Below the pieces are notes generated by a model that saw only the letters and a list, made by a program, of their open reading frames with translations, was not told the origin of the DNA and did no database searches. Positions 18,622 to 27,801 of a DNA stretch of 32,000 nucleotides are shown here, piece after piece. A program made the position numbers and the translations under genes. This stretch comes from Desulfocapsa sulfexigens DSM 10523 (GTDB lineage Bacteria > Desulfobacterota > Desulfobulbia > Desulfobulbales > Desulfocapsaceae): contig NC_020304.1 in assembly GCF_000341395.1 (NCBI RefSeq), positions 870,001-902,000 on the forward strand, in the 5' to 3' direction. Within the stretch, counting starts at the first letter, position 1, and every line of letters begins with the position of its first letter.

Positions 18622-20523
18622 TCAATTAACCGGAAGGCATGTAACCTGGCTTGTCCAACCCCTTCCCTGTGCCTGGTCGTACTTTACAAGGAAGAGCTCT
18701 TCACTCTGGTACAATTGTTTTTTAAGATACCGTTTCGGGAGTTTATTTAACTGACTGGGACCACCATTGTAAAGTGCATATAACCAAACAGCGAGAAAAC
18801 GTTTTCCAGAAGCAGTCCCAAGCGTAACAGGTGGTTTTTCTTTATGAATATACTTATTAAGATAGAGAATCAGGATTTCCGCCCCAGCCAGGGCATTATA
18901 GCGGACATTCCAGCGCAGTTGTTCTCTATCGTATATACCGCGCCAGACCCGCTCATTGATCTGCATCAGACCCACCGAGGTTTGATTATAGGAGAGCAGA
19001 TAGGTAACCTTATCCCGTTCAATGTGAAACTGTCGGAAACAGCTCTCCTGCCAGGCAGTGGCCCGTAACATAATTCCAAACCATTTTCTGTCAACAACTG
19101 CTGGCAGATTCAGATTTTTATGTTCCTTCACCGTTGCCTCCTCAAGAACCTTACTCACTTTTTGTAGTAAAATATCATGAGGGGTTGTTTCTGCTGTCCA
19201 GCCACGAATCTCATTCAGGGCAGGCATCTTGAATTCACCGGCCCATGCCTCTGCACACCCGAGAAGCTCCCATATTCTCCAGCCAGGGGGAATGGGCAAC
19301 ATGGACGTTGGCTGGTCTTCCTCTCCTTGATCAACCTGATCCGGTTCATCTTCCTGGATTGGAACTTCCAGCGGCTCACCCAAGCCCAAAATCTTCCGCA
19401 ACAGACTGTTAACTTCAGGAGTTTCCTGCAGCTGCCCAACAGGGTCAGAACTGATCATTTCCGCTAGACGATAAAAACCGTCACGGCTGATTTCAATACC
19501 TATCGCCGGTCCAACACGATCGAGCGCAACCAGGGCGTCGGTGGCAGTAAAAAAGGCGAGGTAGCCGAGCAGGTTATCCGATGAAGAATCTGTAAGATGC
19601 CTGCGAAACACTCTTTCCATTTGTTGCCAGCTCCAGACAAACTGTTCCCGGATAAAATTGCTGGTTAGCTTTTCCTCTCTCAAGGCCTCTTCAAATTGAT
19701 AACGCACCGTCAACAGGGTATCCATCAGAACGGACTGTTCATCATGGGTTAAAGGCTGGTCAGAGAGCTGACTGATAAGATATATTAAAAGGTTATCCCA
19801 TGTCTGCCACAACTCCATGGTCCTCGCCAGCGCTTCCGGACTGGCAACCAGACCGACCCGACTTTCTTCAAATGTCTCCACCTCGCAAAGAACATCGATC
19901 CGAAGGCCTTCGGCAATGACAATCGGTTGCTGTGGCCGCATACCTGCAAGAAAGCGGATGGCAGCATCCTGGTGTTCAAATGGAAACAGGGGGAGCAGAA
20001 AACTTTTCAGGTCTCTAACAGGTGGGGACAGATCGATTGTGATCTGTTGCAGATAAGGGTGCAGATAGCCCTTGATCTGATCAAAGACAAGTCCCGCAAG
20101 TTTCGGGGGCTGCCCGTCTTTGTCCAGGAGACTGGAATCTAGGATATCAAACGAGAGTTGCCACTGTTCATCAATACGGGGACGCTGCTTAATAATGACA
20201 GTACCTTCCCACTCAAGTGGCGCCAGGCAATAGTCACCAAACCCTGTCCCCAACTTGAGGCGGACAGCTGTCTGAAATCGCAAAAAATCCCGATCAACTC
20301 CTATCTCCGGTGCAGAAAGGAAAACCCGATTGCAGCCCCCTGGTTCGTCTACAACAGTTGCGGTCTCACCCGGTCCGGAATAGGCCTCCTGAACGATAAG
20401 AGCACGTAAAAGTGGAAAATCGATACTAATGGGAATACTGACACTTTCACAGCGGGCAAGTTGCACTGGAAGAGTGAAGGAAACTATCACCCAGACAATC
20501 CAAAGAATTGATCGTGATTTCAT
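18622..20523 (-). CDS. Lytic transglycosylase (SLT-like domain) with long uncharacterised N-terminal region
   Basis: Signal peptide; C-terminal ATAWQESCFRQF...LLSYNQTSVGLMQINERVWRGIYDREQLRWNVRYNALAGAEILILYLNKY...ALYNGGPSQL matches SLT motifs ES..GLMQI..N...A.YNGG. Confidence 0.83.
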   Translation of the reverse strand: MKSRSILWIVWVIVSFTLPVQLARCESVSIPISIDFPLLRALIVQEAYSGPGETATVVDEPGGCNRVFLSAPEIGVDRDFLRFQTAVRLKLGTGFGDYCLAPLEWEGTVIIKQRPRIDEQWQLSFDILDSSLLDKDGQPPKLAGLVFDQIKGYLHPYLQQITIDLSPPVRDLKSFLLPLFPFEHQDAAIRFLAGMRPQQPIVIAEGLRIDVLCEVETFEESRVGLVASPEALARTMELWQTWDNLLIYLISQLSDQPLTHDEQSVLMDTLLTVRYQFEEALREEKLTSNFIREQFVWSWQQMERVFRRHLTDSSSDNLLGYLAFFTATDALVALDRVGPAIGIEISRDGFYRLAEMISSDPVGQLQETPEVNSLLRKILGLGEPLEVPIQEDEPDQVDQGEEDQPTSMLPIPPGWRIWELLGCAEAWAGEFKMPALNEIRGWTAETTPHDILLQKVSKVLEEATVKEHKNLNLPAVVDRKWFGIMLRATAWQESCFRQFHIERDKVTYLLSYNQTSVGLMQINERVWRGIYDREQLRWNVRYNALAGAEILILYLNKYIHKEKPPVTLGTASGKRFLAVWLYALYNGGPSQLNKLPKRYLKKQLYQSEELFLVKYDQAQGRGWTSQVTCLPVN

Positions 20524-20889
20524 TCTGTATCCTTCTTTACTGGAGCTTGGAGTTTCAGTCTACCTGAAAAAGTTAAGGCTTTTGCATGGTGAAAAACATC
20601 ATATACATTAAAAACTACTAAGACATTGAGGTGCATTGCAAGTAGCGGTAGCCACATCTTCAAAAGAAGATTTTTGACTATTATTCTGGAGACCACTACA
20701 GAAGACAAGAAATACCTGAGTATTGCCAGAATTTTATTTGAAAGTATCACATTTCTTACCAGAATTAAACTGGAGAAATTATTCCATTTCATCAGTATGG
20801 CAACAAGGATTCGTCAATCAGATGTTTTTATGCCAGCTAGAAGAAGGAATTGAGAAAAATCTTGCTTTATGAGATTCCACCATCTATTA

Positions 20890-20909
20890 TGTACCAAACG
20901 GTCAGTTTA
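20890..20909. promoter_or_regulatory. Operator-like site upstream of tetR gene
   Basis: TGTACCAAACGGTCAGTTTA, 13/20 identical to the palindrome at 21534..21553. Confidence 0.45.
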
Positions 20910-20928
20910 TTTTACTAATGGATTCATC

Positions 20929-21515
20929 ATGCCCACTAAAGGTCAAGAGACTCGTAAACACATCCTGACAGAGAGCCGTAAGCTCTTTACTGTCCAGGGA
21001 TTTCAAAACACAAGCATCAGTGAAATAATTGCTGCGACAAGGGTAAAAAAGGAAATCTCTATTACTACTTTCCCAGCAAAGAGGAACTCGGCTTGGCCGT
21101 GCTGATTGATGCCAGGGATGAATTTTTCCATATTCTGGAAAACTCTCTGACCGGAGAAACCCCGATTCTCAGAATAATCAACTCCTGTAATTCAGTCATG
21201 GAACTCATGCAGCAAACAAACTTTGTCGGCGGTTGCCTGTTTGGTAATACGGCCCTGGAGATGACAGATTCCAACCCCAGATTCGGAGAAATTATACAGG
21301 AAATTTTCACCCACTGGACAACCAGGATAGAACAGCAGGTACTGCAGGCAACTGACACTGGAGAATTCAAAAGTGAAATACCATCCCATTCCCTGGCAAC
21401 TGCCATTGTTTCCATGCTGGAAGGAGGGATCATGTTTTCACGGGTCTATGGCAACAAAAAGGGACTCGAAGACTGTATCCTGGCCATCCGTTCCTTTCTG
21501 AAATGCCGAAGGTAG
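20929..21515 (+). CDS. TetR-family transcriptional regulator, interrupted by an apparent -1 frame change at 21045-21051
   Basis: Frame 1: MPTKGQETRKHILTESRKLFTVQGFQNTSISEIIAATRVKK; after a -1 shift: GNLYYYFPSKEELGLAVLIDARDEFFHILENSLTG...SFLKCRR. The composite rebuilds a canonical TetR HTH. Confidence 0.8.
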
Positions 21516-21533
21516 TTTTTTTGCACCAAAAAT

Positions 21534-21553
21534 TGTACCGTCTGGTCGGTACA
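21534..21553. promoter_or_regulatory. Operator-like perfect inverted repeat
   Basis: TGTACCG-tctggt-CGGTACA between the TetR gene and the next gene. Confidence 0.6.
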
Positions 21554-21584
21554 CATCAAACATTCGCCTTACAGGAGGTGTATC

Positions 21585-22112
21585 ATGGAAGACAGTAACA
21601 CTAAGAACCTGCAAAAAAAGTCAACACGCGCTTGGCCTCAAACAGGAGCGTCCAAAACCGTATTGCTCGCCTTTGTCATCCTGACGTTCTTTCTCACTAG
21701 CGGCTGCAGCAGCTTTTCCAAGCAGTCGGTGACAGACAGTCCCTCAGCCAGCTCCAGGCTAATTGCTGTAGACAATGATCTTTGCCAGGACACTAAAACT
21801 GGACAGATGTGGCAAGTAGAAAGAAGCAGGACTCTGAGATCACTCGCTGCTGCTCAAAACTACACCGAAACTTTACAAGCAGGCGGGTATCATGACTGGC
21901 GTCTGCCAACGGTCGCAGAACTCTATGAGCTCTATATTATTTTTGACCTCCACGAAAATGGAAACTGCACCCTGCAGGCAGAAGGAACCTACTGGTCGGA
22001 CGAAGAAGACCTTCAGGGGCGCGTTGGCAGTTGGGAACTCGATGCCAATTGTGACCCTGAACGGCAGTTTTTCCCCAAAAAAAAGGGATGGGTCCGCGCC
22101 ATTCGCCCTTAA
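21585..22112 (+). CDS. Lipoprotein with DUF1566 (Lcl C-terminal)-like domain
   Basis: Lipobox-like FFLTSGCSS; VDNDLCQDTKTGQMWQVERS...YHDWRLPTVAELYELY...TYWSDEE...VRAIRP. Confidence 0.8.
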   Translation: MEDSNTKNLQKKSTRAWPQTGASKTVLLAFVILTFFLTSGCSSFSKQSVTDSPSASSRLIAVDNDLCQDTKTGQMWQVERSRTLRSLAAAQNYTETLQAGGYHDWRLPTVAELYELYIIFDLHENGNCTLQAEGTYWSDEEDLQGRVGSWELDANCDPERQFFPKKKGWVRAIRP

Positions 22113-22638
22113 GCGGAATAGCTCAATACGAAATGACCGAGAACATTTTCGTATTAAAAAAATAACCACCAGTTGGTTTTCCCAATATGTTTTTACCGCG
22201 GCAGGATCAACATAACCAGCTTTCACCAAGGCGTTCATCCATTTGTTGTTGGCAGACAAGAAATAATCAGCTGACATAAGCTCTTCTGGGATTCTTTTTG
22301 CAAGTAGCCCAGAAGCCGGGCAGATATAATTCAATTGCATGTTTTACTTTGCGGCTGATGAGGGAGGGGAAACAAAAAAGGATGGAAAAAATGAGCAGAA
22401 GTGCTTTTCCGGCAAGATGCAGTTGTTGTATCTATTTACTCCTCCAATTATTGTAGTTCCTTCGCATAAAAGATAAAATATCATTGATATCGTGAACTGA
22501 AGTGAAGTAAAAACACCCATTTTTCTACTATTGAGCATGTTGAGCATTTTGTGTTTTATTTCTCAAAAGAGCGTAATTTTCTGTAGAGGTTTTATGTACA
22601 GGAAAATACCGTAGCTGCTCAAAAATTACTGTAAACAC

Positions 22639-22676
22639 AAAAAAAAAGGCTGCTATCGAACAACAACAGCAGCCTT
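22639..22676 (-). terminator. Intrinsic terminator downstream of the multiheme cytochrome gene
   Basis: Minus strand: AAGGCTGCT-(13 nt)-AGCAGCCTT followed by a T-run. Confidence 0.85.
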
Positions 22677-22700
22677 CCATCTCACATATCCTGTACGGTC

Positions 22701-23990
22701 TTATTTCTTATGCGTCGCCCTCATAGTGCGGGCAAGTTCTTTTATCTCACCAAGATCTTTGGTCATCTCGTTCCAGCCATACCAATAGGCATAGTCAGGA
22801 TTGACATGGAAGAAACCTTGATAGGCCCGCATCCGGTGTTTCATATACATCTGCACTAGAACCTGGTCGATGTAGGAGAGTTTATCCAGATCCTTATCCC
22901 AACGTTCACCATTGGTATGCATGAAAGTCAGGAGGAACGGATAGTTTGCCGGATAGTTTGCCGGTTTTTCTATGATGCCCTCTTCATAAAGAGCCGCAAC
23001 CGTGGTAATAGCCTCAGCCATTAACCGATCGGCTTTCATCATAATAGAGTCGCCCATGTCAAGCTGTTCCTTGGCATAGCTTGCAGAATGACACTGCTGG
23101 CAGGTTTTCAGCATCTTGTCACGTTCCTTCTGCCACGACTCCTGGTCAAGCTTGGCCATACGTACGGCTTTAACTGCATCCAGGATCGGTGTGGGGGCTC
23201 CGGTCTTGGGATCAAGCACGCCAAGAGCCTTCAAAATAGTGACACGATCATCTGCAGCCTGTTTGTCATCGGGCAAAGGCAGGCGGACACCGAGGAACCC
23301 CCAGGCGGTTTCATTGTGGTGGGTGCCTTCCGGTAAATGACAGGTCTGACAGGTGGGAGCGGCAGCGTCGGCGGGCAGATCACCGTTCTGCTTGGCGAAC
23401 CAGCGCATTCCGTGTTTGGAGCTTGACCACATCTCCCACTGGGGATGATCGTAGCCCATATGACACTGCTGGCAGGCCCTCGGATTCTGAGCCTCTTTTT
23501 TGGAGAAGGAATGCCTGGTATGGCATTCATCGCATGAATTATTCTGGTAACGGTAGCCTTTGGCTACCTGTTCCTTTTTCTGCTCCTCAGTTTTTATTCC
23601 CATATTGTGACAACCACCACAGCCGCGCCCACCCTCGATCAGCTCATCAGGGGCGGCATGGGTGGCTGGAATAGCATTCAGCGATGTCCAGCCAAAATTA
23701 TGCTTGCCGCTTGCGAACTCGTTGAACTGCTCCTCATGACACTCGGCACAGACATGCTCATCCGGTAGCTTTGCATTTTTGTAATCCTCTGCGGTCTTAT
23801 GCTCCTCGCCATGGCAGGTGGAACAGGTCACTTCTCCGCTTTCGGCATGTTTACTTGATTGATAATCCTTGACCATAGCTGGTGACACTTTGGTATGGCA
23901 GTCGATGCAGGCATCACCGGCTGTGGCAAAGTTTACCGACAGCAGTAAACCTACTGTAGCGGCTATTGCCACAAAGTTTTTTTTTCTCAT
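22701..23990 (-). CDS. Octaheme c-type cytochrome, hydroxylamine-oxidoreductase-like family
   Basis: Signal peptide and eight CxxCH motifs (CIDCH, CSTCH, CAECH, CGGCH, CDECH, CQQCH, CQTCH, CQQCH); overall layout with ...QVLVQMYMKHRMRAYQGFFHVNPDYAYWYGWNEM resembles HAO-like octaheme cytochromes. Confidence 0.82.
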   Translation of the reverse strand: MRKKNFVAIAATVGLLLSVNFATAGDACIDCHTKVSPAMVKDYQSSKHAESGEVTCSTCHGEEHKTAEDYKNAKLPDEHVCAECHEEQFNEFASGKHNFGWTSLNAIPATHAAPDELIEGGRGCGGCHNMGIKTEEQKKEQVAKGYRYQNNSCDECHTRHSFSKKEAQNPRACQQCHMGYDHPQWEMWSSSKHGMRWFAKQNGDLPADAAAPTCQTCHLPEGTHHNETAWGFLGVRLPLPDDKQAADDRVTILKALGVLDPKTGAPTPILDAVKAVRMAKLDQESWQKERDKMLKTCQQCHSASYAKEQLDMGDSIMMKADRLMAEAITTVAALYEEGIIEKPANYPANYPFLLTFMHTNGERWDKDLDKLSYIDQVLVQMYMKHRMRAYQGFFHVNPDYAYWYGWNEMTKDLGEIKELARTMRATHKK

Positions 23991-24105
23991 TTGTTACGTT
24001 CCTCCCTTTTAGGTATGAAATATGTGAGACAAAATATAAAAAAATAACTGAACACACTGGGAATTCCCTTGAGTTACATCAAAATATCAAAGTCTCTCCC
24101 TGTGG

Positions 24106-24417
24106 TTAATAATTCCGCGTGACGAAATCGACATACTCTCTCCATAATCTTGGTGGATCCAGAATTTGAAAATCGATCTCCCTTCCTTGATTATCTGATA
24201 GCGTGATTATGTTACAGACCCTGACAGAAATGGATATTGTCTGGTTGCTGGTAAGTATCAGTTTTATGGGGGCACGTGTCTTCTCATCAAACTGATCTGG
24301 AAGACCACTTGCCCTGAAGCTTGAACACGTAATGTTGCCTATGGTGCACTTATAATAAAATCTGCTGTCGGAAATCCTTATGGACAATTTTTTTGTGCTC
24401 ACCGCCAGTTCCTTCAA
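24106..24417 (-). CDS. Hypothetical protein, possibly PilZ-like
   Basis: 103-codon ORF, TTG start overlapping the stop of the upstream small ORF; no RxxxR motif, so family assignment is weak. Confidence 0.4.
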   Translation of the reverse strand: MKELAVSTKKLSIRISDSRFYYKCTIGNITCSSFRASGLPDQFDEKTRAPIKLILTSNQTISISVRVCNIITLSDNQGREIDFQILDPPRLWREYVDFVTRNY

Positions 24418-24566
24418 TACCAGAATTCCGGGTATTGCCTTCTGGCGGACAAGTTATTGACCAGCAAGCCGATAACCAGCATGATTAATGTCCCCAGTCC
24501 CCCAGAAATGAAGGCATACAGATATCCAATATCATGAGTCTTATTGCTGTCGATGATCATAACCAT
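24414..24566 (-). CDS. Small single-TM protein (50 aa), missing from the supplied ORF track
   Basis: Minus strand ATG at 24566: MVMIIDSNKTHDIGYLYAFISGGLGTLIMLVIGLLVNNLSARRQYPEFWY*. Clear hydrophobic helix; stop overlaps the next start. Confidence 0.6.
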   Translation of the reverse strand: MVMIIDSNKTHDIGYLYAFISGGLGTLIMLVIGLLVNNLSARRQYPEFWY

Positions 24567-24667
24567 GCCACCTTGGAACAGCCACGCAGCCTCTTCCCTG
24601 AAAAATTCATCTCTGGTAAGATGTCGATAGCACCAGCATCACCTTTTGGTGTTTGTATTTCACCAGC

Positions 24668-25627
24668 TTACCAGTCCAGCAGCCGTTTGTTTCCTTCGAT
24701 TTTCTGAATCGCCCCGATGGCCTGGGTAACCTCCAGGACACCCATATAGACACCGTCATCATCGTAAACGGGGAAGTAGCGGATCAGGATCTTATCCTCC
24801 TTGAAATCGATCCAGAACTCAGCCTTGTCACGAGTTTTATCTTTAAAGCTCTGGACGATTTTGCGGACAGTGTCGACGGAATGGGCTGGGTGACATTTTT
24901 CCACCTTGCGGCCAATGACTGATCGGGTGCGCGGAAAGAGCTTTTCCTTGTCCAGTCGGTTGAAGTAGGCAACACTGTTCTCAGCATCAACAAAGGTCAC
25001 CTCAAAGGGCATGGCCTCCATGATGGCGTCAAGCTGTTTGTAGCTCAGACCTTCGATCAGCTTTTTACGCCGTTCATCTGTTTTTTCTACCTCCAGAACC
25101 ATCTGCTGGAATTTTTGCCAGGCATCTGGGCCGTAGGTCTCGGAATTAATAGATGCAAAAGAGTTGATGAGGTATTCGTTGTCGCCCTCCTGCATGAGTT
25201 TGCGACCCATGGGGTAAAGCACATCATTTTCTTTCCAAATATGGTCGGCTCGGATACGCAGGTAATCCTCCGCCTCCTGACAGAAGCTATTCTGCTCGGT
25301 GGTGGATATGGTATTAAGGGTACCAAGCTTCATGAGCATAGAGGAGAGCAAGTTGCGCTCGGCATCATGTTCCATGAGCATTACCGCCAGAGGCCCGCCA
25401 TTTCTGGGCACTCCACGCTCTTCCATCAAAGGGAAAAGATTTTCCTCCTCTTTCTTGTTGTGGATCTTATCGCCGAACTCCAAGAGAAAATCAACGGCCC
25501 GCCGCAGTTGCACCAAATCACACCGCCCCTCACGCAGTTTTGCCAGTTGTTCTTTGAGGACCGCCATGGCCCGTTCGATCATTTCATGTTCGGCGATTAA
25601 GTACTCATCCCATTCTGTAATATTCAT
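24668..25627 (-). CDS. Hemerythrin-like plus C-terminal PAS (DUF438-type) protein
   Basis: MNITEWDEYLIAEHEMIERAM...HNKKEEENLFPLM...MEHDAERNLL...HIWKENDVLYPMG (HHE metal ligands), then FVDAENSVAYFNRLDKEKLFPRTRSVIGRKVEKCHP...FWIDFKEDKILIRYFPVYDDDGVYMGVLEVTQ. Confidence 0.9.
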   Translation of the reverse strand: MNITEWDEYLIAEHEMIERAMAVLKEQLAKLREGRCDLVQLRRAVDFLLEFGDKIHNKKEEENLFPLMEERGVPRNGGPLAVMLMEHDAERNLLSSMLMKLGTLNTISTTEQNSFCQEAEDYLRIRADHIWKENDVLYPMGRKLMQEGDNEYLINSFASINSETYGPDAWQKFQQMVLEVEKTDERRKKLIEGLSYKQLDAIMEAMPFEVTFVDAENSVAYFNRLDKEKLFPRTRSVIGRKVEKCHPAHSVDTVRKIVQSFKDKTRDKAEFWIDFKEDKILIRYFPVYDDDGVYMGVLEVTQAIGAIQKIEGNKRLLDW

Positions 25628-25855
25628 AGTGTGCCTCATAAAAGAAAAAGTTCGTATAGCAATACTATGTGAAAACCCGTTCACATGGAAGAAAAAAAAT
25701 AACCTCTATTCCTAACCCGGATTTCACACAAGTCGGGATGACCATAGATGCGAGGAACGAGCATCGAACATTCGGCTAGTAACCTGGAGAAGTCGCCAAA
25801 CCCCCTGACATTATGGCTGTCATACCGGGCATAGTCGCTTTTCCAGGCCACGCCC

Positions 25856-27490
25856 TTATCCTAAAATGGCCTTCAGGTCTTCATCTGGGGTGGAGATGGG
25901 CATGATATTGAAGTTCTCCACAAGGACATTTAGGACATTCGGGGTAATGAATGCCGGTAGACTGGGTCCGAGGCGGATATCCTTGATGCCCAGAGAGAAG
26001 AGGGACAGCAGGATGACCACAGCCTTTTGCTCGTACCAGGAAAGAACCAGTGACAGGGGCAGATCGTTAACCTCGCAGTCAAAGGCACCAGCCAGGGCTA
26101 CGGCAATCTGGACTGCAGAATAGGCGTCATTGCACTGTCCCACGTCAAGAAGACGGGGAATACCGCCGATATCGCCGAGCTTCTTGTCAAAGAAGCGGAA
26201 TTTTCCGCAAGCCAGCGTCAAAACCATGCAATCCTCCGGCACTTTCTCCACCAGTTCGGTGTAGTAATTGCGACCCGGCTTGGCACCGTCACAGCCGCCC
26301 ACCAGGAAGAAATGGCGGATGGCCTTGGCCTTCACCGCACCGATGACTTTGTCAGCTACACCTAACACGGCGTTGCGGGCAAAACCGACCATGACAGAAC
26401 CATTGTCAACCTTATCGGTAAAGCCATCCAGGGCCAGGGCACGATCGATAACAGCGCTGAAATCCTTTTCCCCGCTGCCTTCAACATGGGCCACGTCAGG
26501 CCAGCCTACCAGGCCGGTGGTAAAGACGTTGTCCTTATAGGAATCCGCCGGCTTCTGGATGCAGTTGGTGGTAAACAGAATGGCTCCCGGGAATTCGGGC
26601 ATCTCCTTCTGCTGGTTCTGCCAGGCAGTACCATAATGACCGTAAAAGTGCGGATATTTCTTTAGCTCCGGATAGCCGTGGCAGGGCAGCATTTCGCCGT
26701 GGGTGTAGATGGTAATCCCCTTGCCCTCGGTCTGTTTGAGCAGCATATCCAGATCTTTCAGGTCATGGCCGGTTACCAGAATACACTTGCCGGGAATATG
26801 GCCCAGGGGTACCTCAGTGGGTACCGGATGGCCATAGGTGCCGGTGTTACCCGCATCAAGAAGCTCCATGGCCTTAACATTCACCTCACCGGTCTTAAGT
26901 GCCATGGCCACCAGGTCATTTAGCTCCATCTTGCTGGTAATGGCAGCCATGGCCTCATGGATGAAGGCATAGACCGCATCGTCTTCTTTACCAAGGATGG
27001 CAGCATGGTCTGTGTAAGCGGCCAAGCCGCGAAGTCCATACATAATAATCTGCTTCAGGGAACGCAGGTCTTCATTGGCATCAAGGCCGGGGATGAAGTC
27101 CAGCGCCTTGCCCTGATCTTCAAGACCGGCAAGGCTGTCAGCGGGAGAGAAAGACAGGGCGGCAGCCGAGCTGGTCACCGTACCGCCAGCCGCTTCGACC
27201 TTAGCTCTCAGCTCGTCACGCAGGGTAATGGCCTCTCTGATCAGGGTCTCGAATCTGGCTGGATCGAAGTCAACGTTGGTGAGACAAGAAAAGATCGCTT
27301 CACAGGTGAAACGATCAACCCTGTTATCAACTACACCCACCTGACGTCCGGCATGGGCAACAAGAGAAAGTCCCTGTACCGCGTGGGTCAACAAATCCTC
27401 AAGGCCGGCGACCTCATCATTTTTTCCGCACACTCCTATCTTGGTGCAGGCAATACCCTTTACTGTCTGTTCACACTGGTTACAAAACAT
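25856..27490 (-). CDS. hcp: Hybrid cluster protein (hydroxylamine/NO reductase), strict-anaerobe type
   Basis: N-terminal MFCNQCEQTVKGIACTKIGVCGK (Cx2Cx8Cx5C) and typical Hcp segments such as TTNCIQKP, GHDLKDLDMLL, FLVGGCDGAKPGRNYYTE, LACGKFRF. Confidence 0.96.
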   Translation of the reverse strand: MFCNQCEQTVKGIACTKIGVCGKNDEVAGLEDLLTHAVQGLSLVAHAGRQVGVVDNRVDRFTCEAIFSCLTNVDFDPARFETLIREAITLRDELRAKVEAAGGTVTSSAAALSFSPADSLAGLEDQGKALDFIPGLDANEDLRSLKQIIMYGLRGLAAYTDHAAILGKEDDAVYAFIHEAMAAITSKMELNDLVAMALKTGEVNVKAMELLDAGNTGTYGHPVPTEVPLGHIPGKCILVTGHDLKDLDMLLKQTEGKGITIYTHGEMLPCHGYPELKKYPHFYGHYGTAWQNQQKEMPEFPGAILFTTNCIQKPADSYKDNVFTTGLVGWPDVAHVEGSGEKDFSAVIDRALALDGFTDKVDNGSVMVGFARNAVLGVADKVIGAVKAKAIRHFFLVGGCDGAKPGRNYYTELVEKVPEDCMVLTLACGKFRFFDKKLGDIGGIPRLLDVGQCNDAYSAVQIAVALAGAFDCEVNDLPLSLVLSWYEQKAVVILLSLFSLGIKDIRLGPSLPAFITPNVLNVLVENFNIMPISTPDEDLKAILG

Positions 27491-27575
27491 GCTAAATCTC
27501 CTCTATAAAATGGGGACATAAATAAATATGGTACAGTGACGGTCACGTCATCCTTCATTTATTTTCCTGATTACC

Positions 27576-27613
27576 ACTCCTCCTCAGCCTACCCGGCTGA
27601 GGAGGAGTTTTTT
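27576..27613 (+). terminator. Strong intrinsic terminator, plus orientation
   Basis: ACTCCTCCTCAGCC-TACCC-GGCTGAGGAGGAGT (14 bp perfect) followed by T-run. Confidence 0.85.
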
Positions 27614-27801
27614 CGTGTTGATGATATGGGCATCTGCGGCCTGGACGGCCGCAGCAGAGCCCCCAGGGATGGGTTTATGGCGTCCCATATAATCGACACG
27701 GAACAACTCCGGGTTGCTAAGCTGAGTTTCGATGGTAATCAAGTTTATTTTTATTCTTCAAAACTTCATTGACTTGAATCAATACTTTTCTTTTTCTTAA
27801 T

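Noticed and set aside
20626-20853. 75-aa plus-strand ORF before the TetR gene
   Set aside because: No recognisable domain or clear RBS; possible remnant but unsupported.
21873-22340. 155-aa minus-strand ORF starting MQLNYICPASGLLAKRIPEELMSADYF
   Set aside because: Mostly antisense to the DUF1566-like gene. Its first ~60 residues outside the overlap look more protein-like and may be a truncated or short gene, but evidence is insufficient.
24784-25715. Several ORFs of 69-161 aa in other frames over the hemerythrin-PAS gene
   Set aside because: Overlap a well-supported gene; typical shadow ORFs.
27536-27772. 78-aa plus-strand ORF
   Set aside because: Spans the terminator hairpin and lacks protein-like features.
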